Below, piece after piece: positions 1 to 12,500 of a DNA stretch of 64,000 nt. Origin of the DNA: Stegostoma tigrinum. Its lineage: Eukaryota. The DNA lies in assembly GCF_030684315.1 (NCBI RefSeq), contig NC_081381.1, forward strand, positions 28,413,114 through 28,477,113, written 5' to 3'. Under the pieces are notes generated by a model. That model saw only the letters and a list, made by a program, of their open reading frames with translations, ran no database searches and had not been told where the DNA came from. The translations under genes and the position numbers were made by a program. Within the stretch, counting starts at the first letter, position 1. Every line of letters begins with the position of its first letter.

Positions 1-351
1 TCCTTATCTAACATGCACGGTCATTATTTGAATCCTTCCAATCTCAGGCTGTCTGCAAACCATTCCTCTGCACTACCGCCCCGCCCCTCCAAGGTTCACT
101 ACTCTCAACGCATCTTCATTCAATCTCCACTTTAGAGTATATGCCAACGGTCACTGAGTCTGCAGAAAATGAAAGTCCCTTTGTCCTAATGGTCGCAAAT
201 AGAACAGGGTAGTCCAGGAAAATAAAAAGCTAACTTGATGCCTCTCAATGTACACATTGCTTTAGCAACGAACTTTCCACTTCTGTTACCATACCCAGCC
301 ACCAGTATATCACTTGGTGTTAATGATAAGTTTAGCTGACTTGGCGCTTAC

Positions 352-568
352 CAAAGTTTAGATTATAATCACCCCCTCGTTCCTTGTACATCTGATACAC
401 AAAAAAACAAGATATCGGTTTCAGAAGGAGACTTAAAATCGTCATGCCAACACTGAAGCGAAACTGGTCTCTTGATGCAATGTTGTTCTGGATACCAGCT
501 ATACGGTCATAGCTGATTGCGATGTGGATGATGTCCATGAGAATTGTTATCAACATGCCAACTAGATA
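352..568 (-). CDS. AGTRAP: AGTRAP coding exon 4
   Basis: Acceptor ttttttag|TATCTA, donor TTTG|gtaag; encodes the LSLLLKP...YKERGG motif. Confidence 0.93.
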
Positions 569-3500
569 CTAAAAAAGAAAGCAGGACATAGAATTAAGGA
601 AAAGAAAGGAATCCATCATGGTGTCCAATACCCACATTTGCTTTTCTAGTTTTTAAGCACCATTCCCCAGCTTGTAGGCTGTGGCCACTAATAACCTTTG
701 ATGCAGATATTTACAGCATAAGCTTTCATTAAGACCCAGAAGTACAAGATTATTCCAGGTGATGAAAGAACATATGTGAATCCAGCATCAGGCTGACACA
801 CCCATGGGATAAAGTTCTCAGCTGTTACAATATGTTTGAGCATTCACGTTAGGACATGTTTTTTAGTAAGCTGTCCCCCCCCAATCATGACTCATAAAAG
901 TCAGGATGAACAAGAATGTTTTAAAAACTCAGACAACTCTTAACCAAAGCAGCAGAGCGCTTGGAAAGGTCATGCAAGTGAATACATGCATCCTATCACG
1001 CAATATGGGTAAGCACAGTCTTAATGCTTATTCCTTGCTGTAATGCTCTATTTTTGTGCCGAGCTGATGTGATCATAAGCCACAATCTTGTATTTCCCAA
1101 TTATTTTCAGAGGGATGGAATGCAGTTAACATAGAAACAGATCGTCAATTTGCCATTGTGTTCCATTTTGTGCACAGGCTTGCAAAAACTGTACAGGCCG
1201 GAACAACTAAACGTTAATAGCAATTTAATATCAATGAATTCACTGAGTCTATCTTTTACATTTTATAAAATAAAAAAAACTTACATCTGCTCTACTGAAT
1301 TAACCACATTTTAAATTATTACAATTTTAGAACTACTGCAAAAATCTTGCAAATTCTTTATCCAATAGGTTATAGGATAAGAGAAAATTCACACATGTTC
1401 AGTTAATTAAGTGGGAGGTGATTCAAAACGAGAGGATTCCAGTTGCCTCTTTAAAATTTGGCTTGTGGGTGTCAACAGTAAGGTCGGTGTTTATTGCTTA
1501 AACGCAGTTGCTTTTTAATAGACATCTGAGCTGTTTGTGATAATGTGGCAACTAGTTCCCATTCAGTCTGCAATGAGGTAACTGATTTTAGTAAAAAGAA
1601 AAGTTACAAATATGCTGGATCAAGTAGTTAAAACTGAGGAGAAAAGATCAATTCCCATTCCTGTGACTATACGGAAGGTGTTCATATTGCAGTACGCAAC
1701 AACACCTGTCAACAGTCACTAAATGGATTCACAACAAAATGGTTACTTGGGTGGCCAGCATCAATGAAGCATGTTTCAGTAAAATTCAGTACTTTCACAA
1801 GTGTGGGGTGTGGGAGAAGATGAACGCATTAAACTGGAAATTGCTGTTACACCAGGAAAAGCATTAAGCTAGTCTTGAACTGGAGGCACTCACCATGACA
1901 ACAGCATCAACAGAGTCTCTCTGAGCAATGGCCCAAACCCCGATGGCCAGTATAGCATAATTACTCCAGAGGTAGGGCTGTGGGAGCCAGGGATACAAAC
2001 AGCCCCTGTCAAATAGAAAATCATTGTAAGCTGCTCTGTTCAGGAACTCAGTCACAGCTTCTTTGAAATGTGCAACAATCCTGACTATCTGAGAGAGTAC
2101 AATTCTACAAATTATGTACTTAATCATAGGTATTGCTTTATTAGAAAGCAGGTGGTTATGACTTCATGACTGACTAGTCTCTATGGGCTTTGAAACTCTA
2201 CCCACTGGCACCTTTCTGTTGAGCTTTTAAAATGCTTGATATTACATTCCCGATTCCGCTTAAGCAACATAACATTTTCTCTTGCTACTTCCCCTTTAGT
2301 CTCCATTTCTGGGTAATATGTTATTCTGAGGTATGCCAAAGCTCTGCTCATTTCACTGGTGCCTACTAGGTTATTTCCAAAAAAAATCACAAAATAATTT
2401 TCTAACTCTACCACAAAAATACCTCTCCTTCCCTCCAAAGATCACTCAGCACTATTTGAGAGTCACATCAAACATTCTCACCTAACTAGTGCTTTGTAGC
2501 CAAAAAAAAAGGAAGGAGGATGGGTGCAAGCCCAGCTTAGACTTACTCAATCACTTCCCTTCCCAAAAGGAGGATGGGTATTTAAGCAGCAGAGATCGCT
2601 TTCAAAGTAGACTTTCAATCCTGATACTTTGGTCCCTGCGCAATTAAAGGCAAAGGCCCGTCTCTTCAGAAACTGATACACCAACTTAAGTTTTTCCTCA
2701 ATCATTGGTTGCTGTTGCCCAAGCTTAAAAAAAGTTACAACTCTGAATTCAAGGCCTTCCCAACAAACTCATTACTCATACCCCAGACTTCGACATTCTA
2801 GCCAGCATCTATGGCTCATAGTAAACTGTAAAGTAAACTGATTGATGATCATGTATATTAGTGGTTACAAGAAATTTACTGGAGAATCTCTTCAGTCTTT
2901 ATAAAATTCAACCCTGAAAGAATTCCACAGAAGCTAGTATCTTGGCACCAAATCACCCTTTATTTACACATGTGTAGTACTCAACACTGATCCAGCTTGC
3001 TCTGAGCCAGCTCACAGTGAGCAGAACCTCTGACAATCCTCTTCATATCGTTCAGTCAGGCTCCTTGATTGGGAGGCTGTTAACCTGGCCCAATCAAGAG
3101 ACTTATCCAGGAGGTCTACCTCATAACCTTGTTACAATCGCTACATTCCTCCTCCTCTAGGTCATTTGCCTGTTCTTTTTCTTGTAGCTTCTCCAGAGGC
3201 ATTTTCACACTGAGTTGGGTCCTCTGACTCAGCCTCCTATATGGGCGGCATGTATTGGACCAGAGCCCACCTCTTGAGCTCAGATCATTTCTGAAGAAAT
3301 TCATCCTCAGGTGGTAATGGCTCAAGGCTGTGACGTCTGCCTTGTCCATCCCAAATTCCAAGATTTCTTCACCACTAGAGCATGGAGGAGAACCCAGGGG
3401 CTCTGACAGCCTTTCGGCCTGTTCTGTTCTGAGGGGCCGGGTACATGGTTTGCTCCTGTCCCATTTGAGAGTTTGCAGCTTTCATGTCGTCCATGTGCTT

Positions 3501-6500
3501 GTTCAGGGCTGCCCCACCCACCCAAAATTTGTAGGTCACAGGAGCTGACTTCACAGCAACTATGCTTCTTACCCACAGTCATTTCTGCAATTTCAGCACC
3601 AAACTTTGCCCCATAAGTAAACTGTCTCTCTCATCTTGTGATTGGCATTGACGTTCCTGGTAAGATCAGATTTAACTTGGTGCAGTCTTCTCCCCATTAG
3701 CAACTCTGCTGGAGATAACACTGTAGTCGTGCATGGGGTAGTCCGATAGTCAAGTAGGAACCAGGACAGCTTGGTATCTAGTGAAGCTGTAGGAGCCAGG
3801 GTACCTTTGATTGCCCACACCTTTATCTTCCAACTGGTATAATCCAGTCCTGTCAACACTGTAGCCTAAGTAAGTCACTTGGACTGCCTTCAAAATACGT
3901 ATTTCCCTTCTAAAGGCATATACCTTCCTTGGAGAAACACTTAAGGACTATGTCCAAGTTCTCTAACTGCTCTTTATTGGTCTTCACTGTCATTGGCACA
4001 TCATCCAAACAAATAGTGACCTGAGGTAGGCCTTGTGAAATGTTCTCCGTCATCCACTGAAAAATGGCACAGACTGATGATACCCTAAATATCAATCTTG
4101 ACTACTGGTACAAACCCTTACTGGTATTAATTGGAGCATGCACTTGGGAATCCTCATTCAACCACAACTGCAGGTTTGTTTAAGATCCACACAAAGGCAA
4201 ATTGGTTTGTCAGACTTCACAGATCGGTGCGACCAGTGCTGCCCATACTGGTTTGAGGATTGCTTCGCTGTCTAGCTTCCTGATTTCTGCTTCTATGGCT
4301 GCACACGAGGCAAATGGCACTGGGGAGGTTTTGCAAATTGTGGAATTGCTTCCTGGTCAACATGCAAAGAGACCTTGGCTCTTTTGATAGTCTCTAGACA
4401 AGCCGAGGAACTTCCAGGTATTTAGTTAGGACTTCATTCAGGCAGACATTTTCTAATTGAAAAGTGTTGAGAAGAATCTTTATCAACAATTTGCATTCCA
4501 TTAGGCTTGTGCGCAAGTGTTCTACTACAGCCGGTGATAACTGAACCGGCTGCTTCTCATACAAGACCAGAATCAAAGTTGTACACTCAATCTGTAAAGG
4601 TTCCCACTCAGCCTAGCCAAAGTCTAAGGCAAACTTAAGGGTTGGAGTCCAGAGTTTTGGTAAAGACTGGGTTTTGCAATTACTGATACAGCCACGCTGG
4701 TATCAACCTCCATTAGAACCAAGTAACCATTTAACCTTATGTTTATTTTGATTGGTTCTGAATTGGATGTTGCTAAGCAACTTAATCATTCCAATCCAGA
4801 TGATGGGCTTTCTAGGGTGTGCATTCTCCTGGATACTAGCCGATGGGTTATCTTTCTCAATTCAGGCCTCATGGGACTCTTGCTTTCAAGTCCACAGACC
4901 TGCAGCAACTGCAAGGGTCTGCCAGCTTGGATCCTGAAAAAAACGTTAACAGTTTGGCCAAGGCTTGGCTTTGTTTCGGAGTTTTATGGTGGTCTGGCGT
5001 AGAGTCCCTCTGTTCCGCGTATGTCCTGAGTGAGACTATGCAATTGTCTTCGTTCAAGTGGCATTTCCCAAGCTCAGTCAGCTTGGTGAGGGTGTCCATA
5101 TCCATTGGTATACACCATAACTCATGTCCACATACACATTTTCTAATGGCAAAGCCAGTTGTAGTATCTATTTGAAGTCCAGTTGGGTTTCACCTAGAAG
5201 GTGCTTTTGCACAGTCACATCGTTAATCCCACATACCGAACGTTGTCTCAGCATCTCATTAAAGGGTTAAACCAAAGTCACATGCCTCTGCCAGTCATTA
5301 TGACTTCGAAAATCAACACAAATTCCGCTGGTTCTCGAATTGCCAAGTAAAACTGATAGCGTCTTAAAATTAGGGGAGGCTTACAGTCGTAATATTTCTT
5401 TATGAAATCCGTCAACTATTGAAAGGTTTTAGTACCTGGTGCCTCAGGAAACTTTAGGCTCCTAATAACCAAAAAAGCTGCGGGTCCAAAAGCTGTCAGG
5501 AGAATTGCTCATTGTGTTTATTCTTGCTGGGCAGACGGAAAGCATTCTTTCCGCAATCTTGGCCCAGTCTTTGACAGCAGGATCAAACAAGTCAAGCTAC
5601 CCAAATGACACGTGATGCCAGAAATGCTTATCTCCAACTCAAAAACGTCAGCTGCAGGTGAATTCATTCAGAAGAGTACTTTTTCTTCTCTGATTGCCAC
5701 CGAAGTAAATCCACAGAGGTCGGTATCCTGTCACCGAGTCACCCTTTATTTATACTTACATAATATTTGACACTAGTCTGCTTCGTCAGAGTCAGCTCGC
5801 AGTACACAGAACCGCTGACATTCCTGCTTATATCTTAACAGCCCCAATCAGGGAATTCTGGCTAACACTTAGTCCAATCAGGGATCTCATTCTCTGAGGA
5901 CCACTTATCTGACCTCATTATAATTGCTACAAAAGCTACATCTACAAACTTCATATCTCAACACCAATAGTGAAGGTTGATTTGAGCATCTCCCTCAATT
6001 GGGGGGGGGGGGCTTAGATTAGTTCACAGGTCGGCGCCTGTTCTGCACTGTATTACTCTATTTTCTAATTGGTTCCCACAGTTCACCCTGGACCATTGAA
6101 GGTTGACGGTGCTAAAGACATGGCCCTGTCAACATCAACAGCCACCTCACCTTGGCCACTGACTAACATACCCTGCTCCAATGTTGCTGATTAAATTAGC
6201 AACATTTTAACTTGTGTGTGTCTCAATGAGCTATGTTTTTATTTCTCAGCACTTCTTTCTCATAAACCACTCTAACGTGACTGCAACAAACAGCAACCAA
6301 ACTGATACAAAATGTCACTGATCCTTCAGTGCACAGAACAGCCTCAAACAAATATTGCATACTGGCACATTTCAAGGTCCATGACTACTTGCGACAGGCA
6401 CAGGGTAGACACCTCAAAGTTGCAGTAGGGAAAGGCTACTATTGAAGGTCTGGAGTAGGCTGGTAATTTGTAAACCCCGCTCCAGCTGTATGATTGCAAC

Positions 6501-9500
6501 ATAAATGATAATGCACTCAGAAATGTATCCTGCATTTATGTTGAGGCATCTAAGTCAACTTGCTCATTTGTGGAAAATGAGCAAGTTTCTCCAACATCCA
6601 CTTTGAAATATTTATTCAAAAAGTACGTTTTTGCAAAAACATATTAGCACAGATTAACCTACACAAGCCTCTGGGATAAATTTATTCAATCTTTATTACT
6701 TGGTCACATCAATTTGCATTTGAGAGCAGAAGTTACTTAAAAATAACACTAACCTCTCCCTCTTACAAATTTCCCAGAAAAACTCCAGATTTACCTGCAA
6801 CCTCTGCAAAGCCTAAACTCAGGTAATAATCTGGCTTTTGATTTGAATAATCTGATCTGCTGGCTTGCTGCCTTTCTAAATTTCAAGAACTTGTCAAAGC
6901 CTGGGAGACACAAGCAGAATCAGTTGCAGATTCCTACCAAACCAGGGTAACTGCCCAATGAAAAGGGAAGGTGGGAAGGTGAAGTGAGAAGGTGAGAAAG
7001 TGGAAGTAAAGTGAAGCTCTGGCACTAATTACCTCAACAAGTTGTGATTTTTACACATCTGTTGGGTCCTACTTGACTTTAGTGACAGCCTTGTCCAGGA
7101 TCTCAAAATAGCTACAAGAAATATTACAGAACTGTGAATCAGGTTAGGTTATTTGGCTCTTGAATTATTTTCTCCTCCATCTCCAACTCACTTGCACCCA
7201 ATGAGGAAAATAAATCAAGAATGATGTACAAACAATTATATTAGTGTCAATTTAAACCACTCTTGGCAATAAGCATTGCAATAAAATTCAGCAAACATAG
7301 CTCCTCCAACAAGGAAGCTGGAACTAACCAGAATATTACAGGTCATTTACCTCGAATTCATTCTTTAAGGGTCTTAGAATCTGTATTAGCGCAAGACAAC
7401 ATTACAATTTGGAAACAAAGAATTAACCAGGGCCTCATCAACAGACAGTACCAAGTTCATATTAGGCTAGACTTGAAGAACCTGATGAAGAAATCGAAGG
7501 ATTAGTAAAGGAAATCCAATGGTTAGCAATCTTCAAAATTACTTGATCATTTGCCACCAAAGTGAGAAGAGAGATGACGAGGGACTAACCTAAGGAGAAA
7601 GTGGAAGTAAAGAAAGCGCAGAGATAAACTGATAAGGGAGTGCTGTTGCCAATGGGTCTGAATTTAGGTTTTCCTTGTCCTCTGTACTTCAAAACGTGGA
7701 CTTGAGGAGATAGCGCCTGAAATTTTCTGAACAAACTAAAACACACAAAAGCAGGTGGGAAAGAGATGATGGATTGTGAAAACTAGATCAGGACATAGAT
7801 CAGTGGGAACACGGAAAGGTAACAAGCATTAAACGGTAAGGTCTTCGAGGGAAATAAAGTAATGTTTGGAGTATCACGTACAACTTTGGGAACTTCATTT
7901 CAGAAAGAAAACAAAAGAAAAAAGGAGCAGTCAAATTAGTGGAAGAGTGACTGAACAAATAAGCAGGATGGCCAGCAAATTATAACAAGGACACAAATTT
8001 AAGAGATAATTTAATTTAATAATAGAATAATTTAAAGGAGAGTAGAAATACATGTTTGTATAGGGAAACATTAGAATGGGAAATTCTGTTACTAACTAAT
8101 TTTGAAGCAGATTCTGTAAATCCCTTTTAAAAAGGGAAGAAAACATCTGGGGATGCAAAATATTGAAGTGTTTGAGTATGAGCAGGAAGTGGGGTCAAAG
8201 TATGATGAGTTAGTAAGGCACTTTTGGGCTGCAATATCATTATGATTTTCTCCTCCACCACCCCGGCCCCCCACCCCGTGGAAACCCATACACAAACTAT
8301 TTTCTGCTTCATCCAGTCTGTCCCAATGTCACAGGAACTCATGAAATTTCAACAGCGTTACAAAATAGGGGATTAGGCCAAGGCTTTCCTTTCCTACCCA
8401 CTTTCTTTCATATCAAAGCATCTTCTTTTTCACTGTCACATTTAGATGTTTCTTCTACTGAACTGAAGTGCCAAATGACTTAGATCCAGAAGCAAACAGC
8501 TCCACTTAGTCTGCAATGTCCCAGGATCCTCTGAAGTTCATAATCTAATACTGTTCAAAATGCATAATTTTCGTCATCACTATAAACTAATTGTGTTTCA
8601 AATTTAACCCTGCATATCTGTTCAAAAGTCAGAGACAAGATACAACTAACATTCAGTCTCAGTCAGTTTCTGCTTTCAGAACTGAGGCAAATAGACGTTA
8701 TTCTTGTTTAACTCAGCTGGTACAATTAATTTTGTTTAATGGTCCAGATAAGGGGAATTAGCAGGACAGAAGATGTTAAAATGAAAACTTGTATTAATTA
8801 GATGCGATTCTGCAAGGGAAATGGCCACAAATCTACAATTGCAACATTGAGTAATTTAATCACTTTGTACCTAGAACTCAAAGTACTACATTTGAAAAAC
8901 AAAGTGGTATGTAAAATTCCTGAAAATGAACAGTCGTCAATCTGACGCTCGGCTTCTTATCCAAAATTTGCTCATCCATAGTATTTCTAATACTTGCTCC
9001 TGTTTCAAAACATCTATTGCCAAAATATTAATTTACAATTGTCAGCTTCAAAATCAGCTCTTCCAATACTCTCCTGACCAGACTCCCATCCTTACAAATT
9101 TCAGCTTACCCAAAACAGATGTCCCTATCCTGCTTTCAAGCTGCTTCTGACACTCCGGACTTCAGTAAACGATATTGGATTCCAATCCACCAATAAAAAT
9201 TCTCATTATCATGTTTCATCTCACCACTTTCCATCAAGGAATGCATGAGGGAACTGCAACAACTGTTTATTCTTAGATTCTCCAGCAGTTTCTACTATCT
9301 GAGGTAACAAGGTGTAGAGCCAGATGAACACAGCAAGCCAAGCAACAACAGAGGAGCAGGAAAGCTGACGTTACAGATCTGGACCCTTTTTCAGAAACGT
9401 TCTTGTCTGGCACAAAAGCAAAATGGGTGAAAGAGCCATTACATGGCTAACAAAGGAAATTAGAGATTGGATCCGATCCAAGGAGGAAACTACAGATTGG

Positions 9501-12500
9501 CCAAGAAAAATGATATGTCAGAAGATTGTCAGCAGTTTAGAATTCTGCAGAGAAGGATCAAGGAATTGATTAAAAAGGGGAAATATAGTATGAAAGTAAA
9601 CTTGTAGGGAACATTAAGACTGACACTAAGGGTTTCTATAGGTATGTGAACAGAGAGAGATTAGTGAAGACAAATGTCGGTCCTCAACAGACAGAAACAG
9701 GGGAATGTATAATAAGGGACAAAGAAAATGGTTGAGCAACTGAATACATACTTTGGTTCTGGCTTCATAAAAAAGGACAAATCAGATAAATGTTGGAGAA
9801 TGCAAGGTAGTAGGAGGGAAGAATTAAGGGAGATCAATATTAGTAGAGCATTGGTGCTGGGAAAATTGATGGGATTAAAGGTGGATAAATCCCCAGCTCC
9901 TGACAATTTACATCCTAGCGTAGATAAGGGAAGAGGCTCTGGGAAGAGTGGATACATTAGTGGTCATCTTCCAGGATTCTATAGACTCTGGAACAATTCC
10001 TGCAGATGAGAGGCGAGCTAATGTCACTCCACTATTCAAGAAGGGAGGCAGAGAGAAAACAGTGAATTATAGACCAGTAAGCCTAACATCAGTAGTGGGG
10101 AAAGTTCTCAAATCCATTAACAAGGACTTTATAGCAGAACATTTAGAAAGTAGTGGCAGGATCAGACAGACTCAGCATGGAGTTATGAAGGGGAAATCAT
10201 GCTTGGCAAATCTGTCACAATTCTATGAAGATGCAATGAGTAGAGTTAACAAGGGGGAGCCGGTCAATGTGGTATGTTTGGACTTTCAGAAAGCATTTGA
10301 CAAAATGCCACCTAAGAAATTATTTTCCAAGATGAAAGCACATGGGATTGGGGCAAGTGTATTGAGATGGATAGAAAATTGGCTGGCAGAGAGAATACAA
10401 AGTGCAGGAATTAATGGGTCATTTTCAAATTGGCAGGCAGTAGCTAGTGGGGTGCCACAGGGATCGGTGCTAGGACGCCAGCTTTTTACAATATATATTA
10501 ATCATTTGGATGAGGGAACAAAACGTAAGATCTCCAAGTTTGCAGAGGATACCAAGTTGGGTGGGAGGGTGAACTATGACAAGGATGCAGAGATCCTTCA
10601 GCATGATATGTACAGGTTGGGCGAGTGGGCAAATCAATGGCAGCTGCAGTATAATTTAGATCAATGTCAGGTTATCCACTTTGGGATCAAAAACAAGGCA
10701 GGAGATTACTACCAGAGAAAATGGGAACTGCAGATGCTGGAGAATCCAAGATAACAAAGTGTGAAGCTGGATGAACACAGCAGGCCAAGCAGCATCTCAG
10801 GAGCACAAAAGCTGACGTTTCGGGCCTAGACCCTTCATCAGAGAGGAGAATGGGGAGAGGGTTCTGGAATAAACAGGGAAAGAGGGGGAGGCGGACTGAA
10901 GATGGAGAGAGAAAAGAAGATAGGTGGAGAGGAGAGTATAGGTGGGGAGGTAAGGAGGGGATAGGTCAGTCCAGGAAGGACGGACAGGTCAAGGAGGTGG
11001 GATGATGTTAGTAGGTAGGAAATGGAGGTGCGGCTTGAGGTGGGAGGAGGGGATAGGTGAGAGGAAGAACAGGTTAGGGAGGCGGGGACAAGATGGGCTG
11101 GTTTTGGGATGCAGTGGGGGGGGGGATCACATTGATACCATTGGGCTGCAGGGTTGCCAAGTGGAATATGAGTTGCTGTTCCTGCAACCTTCGGGTGGCA
11201 TCATTGTGGCACGGCAGGAGGCCCATGATGGACATGTCATCTAAGGAATGGGAGGGGGAATTAAAATTGTTTGCAACTGGGAGGTGCAGTTATTTATTGC
11301 AAACCGAGCTGAGGTGTTCTGCAAAGTGGTCCCCAAGCCTCCGCTTGGTTTTGCCAATGTAGAGGAAGCCACACTGGGTACAGTGGATACAGTATACCAC
11401 ATTAGCAGATGTGCAGGTGAACATCTGCTCAATATGGAAAGTCATCTGGGGGCTTGGGATGGGGGTGAGGGAGGTGGTGTGGGGGCAAGTGTAGCACTTC
11501 CCGCGGTTGCAGGGGAAGGTGCCGGGTGTGGTGGGGTTGGAGGGGAGCGTGGAGCGGACAACGGAGTCCCGGTCCGGAAGGCAGACAAGGGTGGGGATGG
11601 AAAAATGTCTTGGGTGGTGGGGTCAGATTGTAGATGGCTGAAGTGTCGGAGGATGATGCATTGTATCCGGAGGTTGGTGGGGTGGTATGTGAGATCGAGA
11701 GGGATCCTCTTAGGGTGGTTGTGGCAGGGGCAGGGTGTGAGGGATGTGTTGTGGGAGACGCGGTCAAGGGCGATTTTGCAGGAGGATGGGTGGGAGGAGG
11801 TGTATTCTAGGTAGCTGTGGGAGTCGGTGGGCTTGAAATGGACATCAGTTTCTAGCTGGTTACCTGAAATGGAGACTGAGGGGTCCAGGAAGTTGAGGGA
11901 TGTGTTGGATTTGGCCCAGGTGAACTTGAGGTTGGGGTGGAAGGTGTTGGTGAAGTGGTGAACAGTCCCTCTTCCACATCTACACAGGCCCCAAACCCCA
12001 CCTCTTCCTCCGTTACATTGATGACTGTATCGGCGCCGCCTCGTGCTCCCCAGAGGAGCTCGAACAGTTCATCCACTTCACCAACACCTTCCACCCCAAC
12101 CTCAAGTTCACCTGGGCCATCTCCAACACATCCCTCAACTTCCTGGACCTCTCAGTCTCCATCTCAGGTAACCAGCTGGAAACTGATGTCCATGTCAAGC
12201 CCACCGACTCCCACAGCTAATGAAATGTGAGGCTGGATGAACAGAGTAGCCCAGCAGCATCTCAGGAGCACAAAAGCTGACATTTCGGGCCTAAACCCGG
12301 TCTAGGCCCGAAACGTCAGCTTTTGTGCTCCTGAGATGCTGCTGGGCCTGCTCTGTTCATCCAGCCTCACATTTCATTATCTTGGATTCTCCAGCATCTG
12401 CAGTTCCCATTATCACCGAATCCCACAGCTACCTAGAATACACCTACTCCCACCCACCCTCCTGCAAAAATTCCATCCCCTATTCGTCCGCCTCTGCCGC

